A DNA stretch of 64,000 bases from a virus, in IMG/VR virus record IMGVR_UViG_3300047160_027173, positions 66,240-130,239 of that record; one strand, given 5' to 3'. Below, one piece after another: positions 1 through 9,679 of this stretch. Below the pieces are notes generated by a model. That model saw nothing but the letters and a program-made list of their open reading frames with translations. It ran no database searches and was not told the DNA's origin. Both the position numbers and the translations under genes were made by a program. Position 1 is the stretch's first letter. The number at the start of each line of letters is the position of its first letter.

Positions 1-2420
1 ATGACAACGTTCCGGAAGCCGCGGGGAGCGTCGTCGCTGGGGGCGATGAGCTTCAGCCGGAGGAAGTTCGCCATGATGTTCTCGATGGCGGACTCTGCGA
101 CCTTGGCGTTGATGTCAGCCAGGCTCTGGCCGACGAACTGAGCGTTCATCTGCTGGGCGGTGGTCACGCTGACCACGTCCGCGGCGTAGACGGCCTGGAT
201 GCTGTTGAAGACGAAGTTGTTGTCCTTGCCGTAGGTGGTCTGGTCCGAAACCCAGGTGAAGCCACCGCCGGCAGCGGGCTGAGCCGGGAGCAGACCGGCC
301 TGGAGGGCCTGGGTGATCTGGTCGCGGTTGCGGGGGTTGTAGCTACCGTCGGCCATCAGGACGCCGCTGGTGTTGATCTGCTTGTTGACGATGGCCTTGT
401 AGAAGCCCGCGGCCTGCATACCGGCGGCGAGAGCAGCGCCCATCCAGGACGGGAACTGGACCAGGTTGCCCTGGCTGTCGGTCTGCTTCATGTCGAGGAA
501 GCAGAGGCTGGCGCGGAAGCTGGCGAGGTCGGCAGCAGCGGCCTGAGCCAGGGCGAAGCTGGTGTCCTTGGAGAGGAAGCTCTGACGGTTGCGGCCGAAC
601 TTGGTCTCGGACATCAGCAGGACGTGGTTCAGGGTGGCGGTGTTGATGCTGTCGATGGTGTAGGTCGAGCTGGGGTCGGTGACGCCGTTGGCGATGTCCT
701 GGCTGGCGTCGCGGCTGAAGGCCGGGACGACGAAGTTCAGCTGGGCGCTCTGCAGGGCGTCGAGAGCAGCCTGGACCTGGGCGTTGCTGGTGCCACCCTT
801 GCTGCCGCCGGTCAGGAAGGAAGGACCGCTGGTGACGTCGGGGAGACCGGCATCGGCGCGGGCCGCGGGGCTGTTCTCCTGGAGGAGGACCGACTGCTGG
901 CTGATGACGTTGAAGAGGTCGGAGGCGTCAACCTTGACGCGGAGGGCGCCGACACCCCACTGGGTGCTGGCGTTGGCGGCGCTGACGCGGTCCAGGTCGG
1001 CGCTGGGGCGCTGGCCGAGGACGGCGGTACCGACGCTGGCCACGTAGTTGGGCTGGGCGTTGATGAACGAGGCCAGGGCGGCCACGGTCGGGAAGTCCGA
1101 GAAGTTGATGGTGAGGCTGTCGGCCGAAACCGAGGCCGTGGTCACCAGCTGGGTAGCGCTGATGGTCACCGTGCAGCTGGTGCCCTTGTAGCCCATCTTC
1201 AGGGCGACGCGGCCACCGGCAACCAGGCTTTCGCTGGTGGCGGTCGACTGGCGGTTGACGTTGAGCTTGATCTGGTACTCGGCGCCGCTGACGAGCTGGG
1301 CCGGGGCACCGGTGAGGCTGACCCAGCTGACCTGGGTGTTGGTGCCGAGGAGGTAGGCGGTGCGGATGAGCTGGTCGCCACCGGTACCGAGGTCGGCGAT
1401 CTCCAGGCTCTTGCCGACGCCGTCGATGACGCTGGCCGAGGTGAGGCTGATGCTGACCGGCGACCAGGCCTTGGCGTCGGTCAGGGCGGCGATGGGAGTA
1501 GCGGCCACAGCGCGGGGGGCGGTGACGGTGCCAGCGACGGGGCTGTTCGTGCTGCCGGCATCGCTGAGCTTGATGGCGGTCAGGGTCGAGGTCGAGACGG
1601 CGGTGATGACGTAGGCGCCGACGTTGCAGTCAGCGTGGACGCCGTCGTCCTGGAGGACGGAGCCGTGGGGGATGGTCAGGGTGTCGCCGATGACGGGGCT
1701 GGCGGCCCAGGCAACGGAACGGGTCACGGTCACGGTGCGGCTGGTGCCGGGGACGCCGACAATGGCCAGAGCCAGAGTGCCGGACACGGCGAGGATGACG
1801 CGGTCAACGCCACCGACGGCGGTGATTCCGGAGAGGGCGCCGACCAGGCCCTGGAAGCTGGCCGGGGTCATGTTGGCGGTGACCGTGAAGGTCTCGCTGG
1901 CGCCACCGTTCACGCGGAGGGCGGCGTTCACGCCACCGACGGGCGGGATGTACGTGAAGGCGCTGGTCGTCGGGACGACTTCGGCGACGTTGGACAGGGT
2001 CTGCCAGTAGATCTGGTTGCCGAGGGCGCCCTGGCTCTTGTCGAGGATGGTGGCGTAGGTGCCGCCGCCGATCTTCGGCAGGGCGCCAGAGGCCTTGCCG
2101 CTGACGTTGGTCTTGACGATGATGATGGCCTGAGGAGCGCCGGTGATGCCGGGATCCTTCGAGGGAGCGCACATGGCGCGGAAACCGTCCACGAGGGGGC
2201 CGCTGCCGTACTTGGCAGCAACAGAGGCGAAGCTGTCCGGACCGAAAGCGTTCAGCTGGAGGTCCTGCTCCAGGGTGAAGTCGGGGCCCTGGTTGGACTC
2301 ACCGATGAGGGCGATGACGCCGGTGGTGGCCAGGCCTGAGGGCGTGGTCTGCACCGTGTACCTGGAGTATGCTCCAGGGATAGTAACGGTTCCGTCGACA
2401 GTTGCGAGACTCTGGGCCAT
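1..2420 (-). CDS. Contractile tail sheath protein (3' end outside window; absent from ORF track)
   Basis: Manual translation from ATG 2420: MAQSLATVDGTVTIPGAYSRYTVQTTPSGLATTGVIALIGESNQGP..., a typical sheath N-terminus (PG.Y...G.IALIG....GP). SD GAGGA upstream; frame appears open to the window edge. Confidence 0.85.
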   Translation of the reverse strand, partial: MAQSLATVDGTVTIPGAYSRYTVQTTPSGLATTGVIALIGESNQGPDFTLEQDLQLNAFGPDSFASVAAKYGSGPLVDGFRAMCAPSKDPGITGAPQAIIIVKTNVSGKASGALPKIGGGTYATILDKSQGALGNQIYWQTLSNVAEVVPTTSAFTYIPPVGGVNAALRVNGGASETFTVTANMTPASFQGLVGALSGITAVGGVDRVILAVSGTLALAIVGVPGTSRTVTVTRSVAWAASPVIGDTLTIPHGSVLQDDGVHADCNVGAYVITAVSTSTLTAIKLSDAGSTNSPVAGTVTAPRAVAATPIAALTDAKAWSPVSISLTSASVIDGVGKSLEIADLGTGGDQLIRTAYLLGTNTQVSWVSLTGAPAQLVSGAEYQIKLNVNRQSTATSESLVAGGRVALKMGYKGTSCTVTISATQLVTTASVSADSLTINFSDFPTVAALASFINAQPNYVASVGTAVLGQRPSADLDRVSAANASTQWGVGALRVKVDASDLFNVISQQSVLLQENSPAARADAGLPDVTSGPSFLTGGSKGGTSNAQVQAALDALQSAQLNFVVPAFSRDASQDIANGVTDPSSTYTIDSINTATLNHVLLMSETKFGRNRQSFLSKDTSFALAQAAAADLASFRASLCFLDMKQTDSQGNLVQFPSWMGAALAAGMQAAGFYKAIVNKQINTSGVLMADGSYNPRNRDQITQALQAGLLPAQPAAGGGFTWVSDQTTYGKDNNFVFNSIQAVYAADVVSVTTAQQMNAQFVGQSLADINAKVAESAIENIMANFLRLKLIAPSDDAPRGFRNVV

Positions 2421-2451
2421 CGTTAATTCCTCAAGGTCCTAGTTTGCCGGT

Positions 2452-5400
2452 TCACTTGCCCTGGAGCTTCCCGAAGATGCCCGGCTTCTTCGGTGCGGGG
2501 GCGGCGGCGGGCTTGTTGGCCAGCGGGCCCGGGCGGGCACTGAGCTGGGGGCGCTGGCTGGGCAGCGGGTTGGAAGCCATCGGGGTGGAGGGCGGCTTGA
2601 TCTGGGACTGGACCTTGGCGGCGGTCGCGTCCATGTGGGGCTTGACCATGCCACCGGTCAGGGCTGCACCGGCACCGAGCATGGCACCGGCGACCTTGCC
2701 CTTCCAGTTCTTCTCCAGGTCACCCTTGGCCACGGGGGGCTTCGGGGCCTGGACCAGCTTGGCCTTGGCGTCCTTCAGGTCCTGCATGGTGAACTTCTTC
2801 TTGGGCTTGGAAGCCTCTTCGCTGCGCTCCGGGAGACCTTCACCGGCCCAGGTGTCGAGGCCACCGGCCTTCTTCACGGGGGCGGCGTCTTCGAGAGCCG
2901 AGTTCTCACCGCTGTCCTTCTTGGAGGCAGCGTCCGAGGCCAGGGCGTCGTTCTTGCCGCTGTCCTTCTTGCTGGGGGCGTCACTCATGAGGGCGTCGTT
3001 CTTGCCGGAGTCCTTCTTCGAGGCAGGGGCGGCGTCCAGGCCCTTGTTGTCGGCGGGGACCTTGTCGGGGGCGGCGTTCTCCAGGGCCGAGTTCTCACCC
3101 GAGTCCTTCTTGGACGGGGCGTCGGTCATGAGGGCGTCGTTCTCGGACTTCTTGGCGGCGAGCTTCTTACCGGCCTCGACGCGGTGCTCGACCTTGGCCT
3201 TGGTGGCGTCCATGTGGGGCTTGACGGCGCCAGCCGTCAGGGCGACGCCAGCAGCCAGGGCACCGGCAGCGACCTTGTCCTTCCAGCCCTTCTCCATCGG
3301 CAGCTGGGGACCAGCAGGCGGGCGGAGATGCGAGCCCGGGAGCTTGATGTGGGACTCGACGCGCTTGGCGGCGTGATGAGCCTGGGCGGGGATGGCACCG
3401 GCAGTCATGGCCGTACCAGCGGCCAGAGCAGCGGCGGCGACCTTCTCCTTCCAGCCCTTCTCGACGGCTTCACCCTTCATGGCCATGCCCGTGCTGGCAG
3501 TGCCAGGGGCAGCACCCATCTTCGGGGGCTTGGCCATGGCCGGGGCCGGCATGCCGCCCATACCCTTGGCAACGCCGGAGACACTGGTCTCCATGGGGCT
3601 GGCCTCGGGCTTGGCGGGCTTCTTCATCCAGTCCTTGGTCTCGGCGCTGGCGGGCTTCTTGACGCCGTCAGCCAGTGACTTGGCGTAGGTCTTGTCGTTG
3701 GCACCCTCGCCGCGCTTGCTGTAGGTCTTGTCGCCGTTGGCACGGCCAGGACCGGGGGCATCCTTGCCCTCGCCACGCTTCGAGTAGGTCTTGTCGGCGT
3801 CGGACGGACCGCTGTCGGCCTTGTAGGGATCATTGCTGCCCTTGTCAGAGAACTGACGGGCGCTGGCGTCGTCGGCCTTCTGGCCGGGGTTGCGCTTGAG
3901 CTTGGCACCGGGCAGCACCGCGCCACCGGAGCCGTTGGACTCTTCGTCGCGGAACTTCTGGCCGTTGCCGACGGGCTTCTCGGGAACGCCCTTGCTACGG
4001 GTCTTGCCGCTGGCCTTCGGGGGGAGGACCGCGTCGGGGTCGACGCCGTTCTCCACGAGGTGTCCCTGGTTGTCCACGAACTCTTCGGCCTTCTCCAGGG
4101 CCTTCTTCATCTTGTTGTGGATCTTCCAGGCGGTGGCGTAGGCCTTTTCCTTGTCGCCGCCGTACTGGGCCTTGAGCTTGTGCATCGTCTTCTCAGACAC
4201 GCCCGGAGGAGTTACCTTCTCCAGCATGTCCTGATGCTCGTCGCTAGCTGACTTCTCGCCCTCGGGCTTGGAGTCGCTGACGGTCTGAGCCTGGGGGGAT
4301 TCCCGGGGCTCGTCCTTCTTCACGGGCTTGGCCTTGCCACTGTGGGCAGAGCAGAAGTCCTTGTCACCCCTGATGCCCTTGCCGCAGGCCGGGTAGTTGC
4401 AGACGTGGGTCGGGCCACCGCCCTTCGCCATCTCGTCCTTGGCCTCGCAGCCCTTCTCCAGGTCGTGGGCCTTGCCACACTTCTTGCACAGAGCTTCGGC
4501 CTTGACGGCCATGTCAGCAGCGGGCACGTCCTCGGCGCCACCGCTCGCGGAAGACGCGGGCTTGTGGGCGTGGACAGGGATCAGAGACTTGGCAAGCTCG
4601 CGCTTGCGGAGACCATCGATCTCCTTCGCGAACGCATCGATCTTCTCACGAGTAGCCTTCAGAAGAATGTCCCGAGCTTCCTCGGGCGTGTAGAGCTTCT
4701 CGTTCTTGGCGTCGGCCATGGATACCTGTCCTCGGACGTATGTGTAGATTGCGTCCAGTTCCTGCACTTCAGCCTTGGCGACCGGGCTAGGTACGGGCTT
4801 GGACTTTAGGGTTTCGTGGGGCTTCAGACCCATGCGGGCAGCGTGTCCGCTGACCAGGGCCAGGGAGGTCGTCAGGGGCACCTGGCCGTTGTGGGGCTGG
4901 AAGCCTTCCTTGACGGGGTCCGTGAACTTACCGGTGACGGCGCGGTGGGCGGCGTCGTGCATGACGGTGTTGTACTCACGGTTGAAGTCGTCATCGCTGA
5001 TGTGCACGCCGAGCTTGGCGCTCAGCTCCCGCTGCTTGTGAGCGGCGAGGTGCTCCCAGTGGACGGCGCGCAGGGCCTCGTTGGGGGTGCGGTGCTGGCC
5101 GAGCTTGCCGATGCGGCGACCCTCGCCGTAGAGGCGGTTAACCTCGGGGTAGGTCAGCGCATGTGCTAGTTCGTGAACTTTCCGCCAGTTGTCGGTGTAC
5201 TCGCGCTCGCCGAAGTCACCACCCGTGCCCGGGTCCGGGTCGTAGATCATCAGGTGCTTGGTGTTGTAGTTGCGGTTGGCCAGGTCGGGCTTGCCGTACT
5301 TGCCACCGGCGTAGTAGTGGCTGTAGCCGTGCTGCTGGAGGAGGTCGTTGATGGCCTGGCCGTGGCCCCCATAGTTGTAGAACTTGAGATTCTGGCTGCC

Positions 5401-6108
5401 GGGCTTTCCAATGCCACCATAGTGCTGGGCGAACTCGCCGTAGGTGCTGACGCCTGCCGGCGCGAACTGCTCGTTGGCCTTGTTCAGGCTCCGGTCGAGC
5501 TTCATGCCCTCGCCGACGGGCATGTTCTGCGGGCCCTGCTCGACGACGGTGCTGCCCTGGTTGGCGGGACCGCGCGGGGTCGGGAAGCCGGCCGCATCAG
5601 GCGGGAGCTTCTCCATCTGCGTGGCCTTCTTGACGGGCTCCTCGGTCTCGACGCGCTTGTGGTGCTCGGTGTTGCCGTCGTGCCAGCTGTAGGCGTTCGG
5701 GTGAGGGGTGCCGCCTTCAAGGTTCAGCCGGAAGAAGCCCTGGCCGGGGATCTCCGTGTAGAAGTCCTCGGGGGCCTCGGAGAAGACCTCGTGGCCGTGG
5801 CCGGTCTGGTGCTGGCCGCGCTTGGGGCCGTTGGTGAAGAGGAGCTTGTTCTGGTGGCCGATGCTGTGGATGACCGATTCCTGGCCGTAACGCTCGCCGA
5901 GGTCGCGGAGATTCTCCTCGCTGATGCCGGGCAGGAAGAAGCTGCGCTCGGGCTCGCCGTACTTGCCGTTGACGACCTGGAAGGGAATCTGACGCCTGGT
6001 CAGCTCCCGATGCAGGCCCTCGTGGCCACCGTTGGCCGTGGCCCTGAACAGGGGTCGGTCACCGGACATGAGGCCGAAGGCTTGGCCGCTGAGGATGGCG
6101 TGTTTCAT
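2452..6108 (-). CDS. Large virion/head polyprotein: N-terminal DUF3293/SAM-lyase-like region, zincin (HELAH), repeat-rich C-terminal half
   Basis: ORF track 1218 aa; GKYGEPERSF...LGERYGQESV; VHELAHALT; many xxK[ASG] motifs and tandem repeats. Confidence 0.7.
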   Translation of the reverse strand: MKHAILSGQAFGLMSGDRPLFRATANGGHEGLHRELTRRQIPFQVVNGKYGEPERSFFLPGISEENLRDLGERYGQESVIHSIGHQNKLLFTNGPKRGQHQTGHGHEVFSEAPEDFYTEIPGQGFFRLNLEGGTPHPNAYSWHDGNTEHHKRVETEEPVKKATQMEKLPPDAAGFPTPRGPANQGSTVVEQGPQNMPVGEGMKLDRSLNKANEQFAPAGVSTYGEFAQHYGGIGKPGSQNLKFYNYGGHGQAINDLLQQHGYSHYYAGGKYGKPDLANRNYNTKHLMIYDPDPGTGGDFGEREYTDNWRKVHELAHALTYPEVNRLYGEGRRIGKLGQHRTPNEALRAVHWEHLAAHKQRELSAKLGVHISDDDFNREYNTVMHDAAHRAVTGKFTDPVKEGFQPHNGQVPLTTSLALVSGHAARMGLKPHETLKSKPVPSPVAKAEVQELDAIYTYVRGQVSMADAKNEKLYTPEEARDILLKATREKIDAFAKEIDGLRKRELAKSLIPVHAHKPASSASGGAEDVPAADMAVKAEALCKKCGKAHDLEKGCEAKDEMAKGGGPTHVCNYPACGKGIRGDKDFCSAHSGKAKPVKKDEPRESPQAQTVSDSKPEGEKSASDEHQDMLEKVTPPGVSEKTMHKLKAQYGGDKEKAYATAWKIHNKMKKALEKAEEFVDNQGHLVENGVDPDAVLPPKASGKTRSKGVPEKPVGNGQKFRDEESNGSGGAVLPGAKLKRNPGQKADDASARQFSDKGSNDPYKADSGPSDADKTYSKRGEGKDAPGPGRANGDKTYSKRGEGANDKTYAKSLADGVKKPASAETKDWMKKPAKPEASPMETSVSGVAKGMGGMPAPAMAKPPKMGAAPGTASTGMAMKGEAVEKGWKEKVAAAALAAGTAMTAGAIPAQAHHAAKRVESHIKLPGSHLRPPAGPQLPMEKGWKDKVAAGALAAGVALTAGAVKPHMDATKAKVEHRVEAGKKLAAKKSENDALMTDAPSKKDSGENSALENAAPDKVPADNKGLDAAPASKKDSGKNDALMSDAPSKKDSGKNDALASDAASKKDSGENSALEDAAPVKKAGGLDTWAGEGLPERSEEASKPKKKFTMQDLKDAKAKLVQAPKPPVAKGDLEKNWKGKVAGAMLGAGAALTGGMVKPHMDATAAKVQSQIKPPSTPMASNPLPSQRPQLSARPGPLANKPAAAPAPKKPGIFGKLQGK
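2880..3150 (-). repeat. Tandem ~48-nt coding repeats (KKDSG[EK]N[DS]AL...AP)
   Basis: Repeated peptide units visible in the translation and in the DNA (gtccttcttg...gggcgtcgtt). Confidence 0.8.
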
Positions 6109-6111
6109 GGC

Positions 6112-8739
6112 TTAGGTCAGAGCGAACGGGCCCACGAAGACGGTCTCGGTTCCGGCCGAGGTCCAGACAGTCTGCGGGATGGCGTTGAGGGCGGTGTCGG
6201 CCATCGTGAACCGGAACGAGGTCGTGAACGGCGTCGTGCACTGGCACAGGTACCAGCCGCTGCCGAGAGAGGTGATGGCGCCGACGGCACCGCCAGCGGT
6301 GGCGGCGACCGTGCCCAGGCTGAGGTCGAAGATGGCGTAGGCGCCGTCGTTGCTCTGGTCCCAGATGGTGATGAAGTTGACCGTGCCCGCCTTGTAGGCA
6401 CCGCTGCCCTGGCTGCCGGTGCCGAGGAGGGTGTTCGAGTACGCCGAGTGGACGTCCGTGACCGCGGCCAACGTGACCGTGCAGGCAGCGAAGAACTGTC
6501 CCGTCCAGCTGGAGACGTCTTGAGCCGCGCTCAGGTTCTGGAACACGGACCAGTGCGTGAACAGGGCGGCGTCGCCAGAGTTGAGGAACACGTTGGTCGG
6601 GATGGGATTACCGCGAGCCTCCACGTAGTAGGAGATGAGGTAGTTCGTCAGGCCCGCTCCGAGCCAGCTGCTCTCAGGCGGCGTGTGACCGAGGATATCC
6701 GCGCCCTGGATGGCCCAGTTCGAGCCGAAGTGGAGCGCGGTCGGAACCGTCATCTCGAAGAAGTAGAAGCCGTTGCCGGCCGTGTTGACCGTGGACGTGG
6801 CCGCGCCGAAGTTCGTGTTGATGCCGGTCTGGAGATCGAGGACGGAGTAGTCGGCCAGGACGGTGTTGTTGTACAGGGTTACGTAGCGGACGCCGGGACC
6901 CTGCTTGAAGAAGCCACCGACTTTGGTCGTGCCCAGGGGCAACTGACCATTGCTCCAGGTCCGGTGACCGCTGTTGGATGGCTGCAGCTGCAGGCTCCAG
7001 GCCGCGTTGGCGTTGCCGTCCTGGTCCTGCTGGTCCTGCGCCGGGAACACGCCCAGGTTCAGCCAGCCAGTGAAGTCGACGCCGCCCGCGGGCGGGTTGA
7101 AGTGGCCAGAGGTGACGTCGAAGCTGACGTTGAAGGTCTGCGGGCTGTTGGTGACACCCGAGGCGAAGACGCTGACGACGGCGTTGTACGTGGCCACGGT
7201 CAAGGAGCCAGTCACGGGCTGAGCGGTGATGAGCTGGGAGTTGCCGCTACCGGACTGAGTCAGGCCGAGCCAGCCGCTGCCCTGGAGGTAGTTGATGCTG
7301 GTCGTGACCGTGGGCAGGATACCGCCACCGGTGTTGGAGACGGTCTCGTCCTGGCTGGCCGGGTTGGCGCCACCAGCCGTGGCCGTGAAGCTGAGGTCGC
7401 CTGGGCTCAGGGCGAGCACGGGAGCCACGGAGACCGTGAAGCCGACGTCAACGACCTGAGGGGTGTTCGAGGCGCCAGGGCTGTTGATGCTGACCTGAGC
7501 CGAGTACGAACCCGCGGCCAATGAGCCCGTGCTGGGCGCGACCTGCAGCGAGAAGGCGTCACCGCCACCGACGATGGTCGCGTCCAGCCAGCCCGTGGCG
7601 CCGGTGCCGTAGGTGACGAGGACGAAAGGCGAGGCCAGGCTACCGCCACCGCTGTTGAAGACGGCCAGGGTCTGGAGGGCGGGATCGCTGCCGCCCTCGA
7701 TGGCACTGAAGGACAGCGACGAGCCCGACGGGAACATGGTCGGGCGACGGGCGCTGGCGGCTGCACCGGCCGCGGCCGAGGGAGACTGGACCGTGCCCCA
7801 GTTCTGGTCAAACTCAAGATCGGTGAGATTCGAGATGACCTTGACGTCGGGCTCCACGACGAGGATCTTCTGCGTGAAGGCCTTGGGCCAGTACTGGCGG
7901 ACCTTGCCGGTGATGGTGATGTACCGGCTGAAGAAGGACTCGGTGTCGACGATGGGGTTGCGGCTGAAGTCCGAGCTGGAGAAGACGCTCTGCTCGAAGC
8001 CGCGGTGCTCCAGGAGGTCCTGCTTGTAGCGGAGCAGGATGAAGCAGACGATGCTGTGCAGCCAGGTCAGGTAGGTGGGCTCGGCGGCGCAGTGCACGCC
8101 GATCTGGTAGACCTCGTTGTAGAGCACGGACTCCAGGAAGTTGATGCCCGTCGGGGGCACGCCGCGGACGACCATGCCCTGGAGGTTGCCTACCGCGCCC
8201 GGGCGAATCTGGATGGTGTCGGCGCCGGCAGTGCCGACGACGGGGATGCGGGTGCCGTCCCGGAGGAGGACGAGCATGTCCGAGACGATGATGAAGGAGC
8301 CGATAGTGCCCTGGGGCCAGGTGATGATGCCTGTCGCGGGGTCGTAGCCGATGGGGTCAACAGGGCCCAAGAGGTTGGGCCAGGTAAGGTCGTTCTCTTC
8401 CTGGGGAATGTAGTGGGTGTCGCCGGTCGTGACTTCGGTCTCGGAGCTGCTGACGAGCTTGATGCTGATGGTGAACGGCTTGGGCTCGTTCGAGACCGGG
8501 ACCATGCGGACGCTGATCTGGTTGTTCTGGAACCACTTCCGGGCCTGGGCGATGTCGCGCTCGCCGTACTTGGCCCGGGTCAGGTCGTCCTGGGCCTCGC
8601 TGGCGAAGACGTAGTCCAGCAGCCAGGGATTCCTGCGCAGGTCTGCGATCCCCTCCTCAAGGGCGGAGCGGATGATGATGTCGCTCTGAAAGATGCCCTG
8701 AGCTTCGGTGGTCCGGACCGGGACCTGGTAGTCAGCCAT
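6112..8739 (-). CDS. Virion structural protein: tail-completion-like N-terminus plus two BACON-like domains
   Basis: Start revised to MADYQ (ATG 8739, 7 nt after CAATCT). Two LSF.A..GG..PA.Q...V.N.GGG.L...WL repeats. Confidence 0.65.
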   Translation of the reverse strand: MADYQVPVRTTEAQGIFQSDIIIRSALEEGIADLRRNPWLLDYVFASEAQDDLTRAKYGERDIAQARKWFQNNQISVRMVPVSNEPKPFTISIKLVSSSETEVTTGDTHYIPQEENDLTWPNLLGPVDPIGYDPATGIITWPQGTIGSFIIVSDMLVLLRDGTRIPVVGTAGADTIQIRPGAVGNLQGMVVRGVPPTGINFLESVLYNEVYQIGVHCAAEPTYLTWLHSIVCFILLRYKQDLLEHRGFEQSVFSSSDFSRNPIVDTESFFSRYITITGKVRQYWPKAFTQKILVVEPDVKVISNLTDLEFDQNWGTVQSPSAAAGAAASARRPTMFPSGSSLSFSAIEGGSDPALQTLAVFNSGGGSLASPFVLVTYGTGATGWLDATIVGGGDAFSLQVAPSTGSLAAGSYSAQVSINSPGASNTPQVVDVGFTVSVAPVLALSPGDLSFTATAGGANPASQDETVSNTGGGILPTVTTSINYLQGSGWLGLTQSGSGNSQLITAQPVTGSLTVATYNAVVSVFASGVTNSPQTFNVSFDVTSGHFNPPAGGVDFTGWLNLGVFPAQDQQDQDGNANAAWSLQLQPSNSGHRTWSNGQLPLGTTKVGGFFKQGPGVRYVTLYNNTVLADYSVLDLQTGINTNFGAATSTVNTAGNGFYFFEMTVPTALHFGSNWAIQGADILGHTPPESSWLGAGLTNYLISYYVEARGNPIPTNVFLNSGDAALFTHWSVFQNLSAAQDVSSWTGQFFAACTVTLAAVTDVHSAYSNTLLGTGSQGSGAYKAGTVNFITIWDQSNDGAYAIFDLSLGTVAATAGGAVGAITSLGSGWYLCQCTTPFTTSFRFTMADTALNAIPQTVWTSAGTETVFVGPFALT

Positions 8740-8770
8740 GGCCCCTAGATTGACGGGTGAAGATTCGTAC

Positions 8771-8949
8771 GCCGGACGTATCTCACGCCGGTGGCGACGA
8801 CCTGGTGGGGTGCGGCCTGGGGTGCGACCCCAGGGCCCGTTCCAGGTTGGCTCCCGATCCCGAGGCGGCTGCAGCAACCTCTTTCACACCGGCTCTAGGC
8901 CGGCGGCACGTACGAGTTGCCTAGGTTAACGGCGACGGTTGCGTCCGGC
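8771..8949 (-). ncRNA. Unclassified structured RNA at the 3' end of the tRNA array
   Basis: Nested helices GCCGGACG/CGTCCGGC, GCCGGTG/CACCGGC, ACCTGG/CCAGGT, CCTGGGG/CCCCAGG; no credible ORF. Confidence 0.45.
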
Positions 8950-8974
8950 AAAGGAGTCTCTAACAACAGGACAG

Positions 8975-9047
8975 TTCCCCCGCTACGACTCGAACGTAGA
9001 TTTTCGGATTCAGAGTCCGACGGGCTGCCAATTACCACCACGGGGGA
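8975..9047 (-). tRNA. tRNA-Gln(CTG)
   Basis: Cloverleaf; anticodon loop CT CTG AA. Confidence 0.85.
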
Positions 9048-9052
9048 TCAAG

Positions 9053-9126
9053 CTCCAGGGGTTGGGATCGAACCAACCTAGTCCGAATTAACAGTTCGGC
9101 GCAGTCACCCTGATTGCTACCCTGGA
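9053..9126 (-). tRNA. tRNA-Asn(GTT)
   Basis: Cloverleaf; loop CT GTT AA. Confidence 0.85.
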
Positions 9127-9135
9127 ACACTACAG

Positions 9136-9207
9136 AGCGGGAGAAGGGGATCGAACCCTCGGCCCTCGCCTTGGCAAGGCGATGCTCTACCGCTGAGCTA
9201 CTCCCGC
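9136..9207 (-). tRNA. tRNA-Gly(GCC)
   Basis: Canonical cloverleaf; loop TT GCC AA; U73. Confidence 0.92.
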
Positions 9208-9220
9208 ATGCGGTACGACA

Positions 9221-9293
9221 TGGAGCTTGTGGGGGTCGAACCCACGACCTCAACACTGCCAGCGTTGCGCTCTCCCAACTGAGCTAAAGCCCC
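9221..9293 (-). tRNA. tRNA-Ala(GGC)
   Basis: Canonical; G3:U70; loop CT GGC AG. Confidence 0.92.
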
Positions 9294-9679
9294 GGAAACT
9301 TCTCGTAGGTTGCTGCGTAGTGGATGCCCGTCTTCTGCCCATTCAACGGCGGAGTCAGTCGCAGCTGGCCGGGACCGTCAAGGGGAATCCAATAAACGAC
9401 GTCCTTGTGCACAACGGCGAAGAGATCAATCTCCTCGGCTGTGTACTTCCGCCGCACGCCCGGACGTGGGTAGGACTGTTTCGGGAAGGCAATGGCTGTA
9501 CCACCTCTCACCAACTGCCCAGTCTTGACCTGGACCCGGATCAGCTTGGTACCGACCTCGACGAGGAGGTCGCAGCGCCCGCCATCCCCAAAGGGGAGGT
9601 AGGGGACCAGATTCTCTCGGAGGAGCCAACTGGTCACAATCGCGAGCGAGCGGTTCCCGATGGCGCTGGTGTTCTTCAC
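9284..9679 (-). CDS. PD-(D/E)XK endonuclease (group I intron-associated type) inserted in the tRNA array
   Basis: G...A.V...L...PFGD..RCDLLV...IRVQVKTG...Y..EEIDLFAV motif pattern. Confidence 0.8.
   Translation of the reverse strand: MKNTSAIGNRSLAIVTSWLLRENLVPYLPFGDGGRCDLLVEVGTKLIRVQVKTGQLVRGGTAIAFPKQSYPRPGVRRKYTAEEIDLFAVVHKDVVYWIPLDGPGQLRLTPPLNGQKTGIHYAATYEKFPGL

Noticed and set aside
624-2339. Long plus-strand ORFs opposite real genes (624-2339, 5173-7524, 30597-33098, 33936-35927, 59602-60999; also minus-strand 17506-18804)
   Set aside because: Antisense shadows caused by extreme GC3 bias. They are V/G/D/L-rich with no motifs, while the opposite strand has recognisable proteins.
2880-3800. 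CRISPR-like or DGR-like repeats
   Set aside because: Repeats are in-frame coding repeats with no unique spacers. I saw no adenine-specific variation, and no cas or reverse transcriptase gene in the window.
8740-8877. N-terminal extensions in the ORF track (starts at 8877, 17542, 29913, 43143, 60978, 10924)
   Set aside because: Promoter or SD position and protein motifs support the downstream starts (8739, 17356, 29790, 42762, 60900, 10732).
9284-9679. Group I intron around the PD-(D/E)XK nuclease
   Set aside because: Flanking tRNAs are intact and directly abut the ORF, leaving no room for an intron core.
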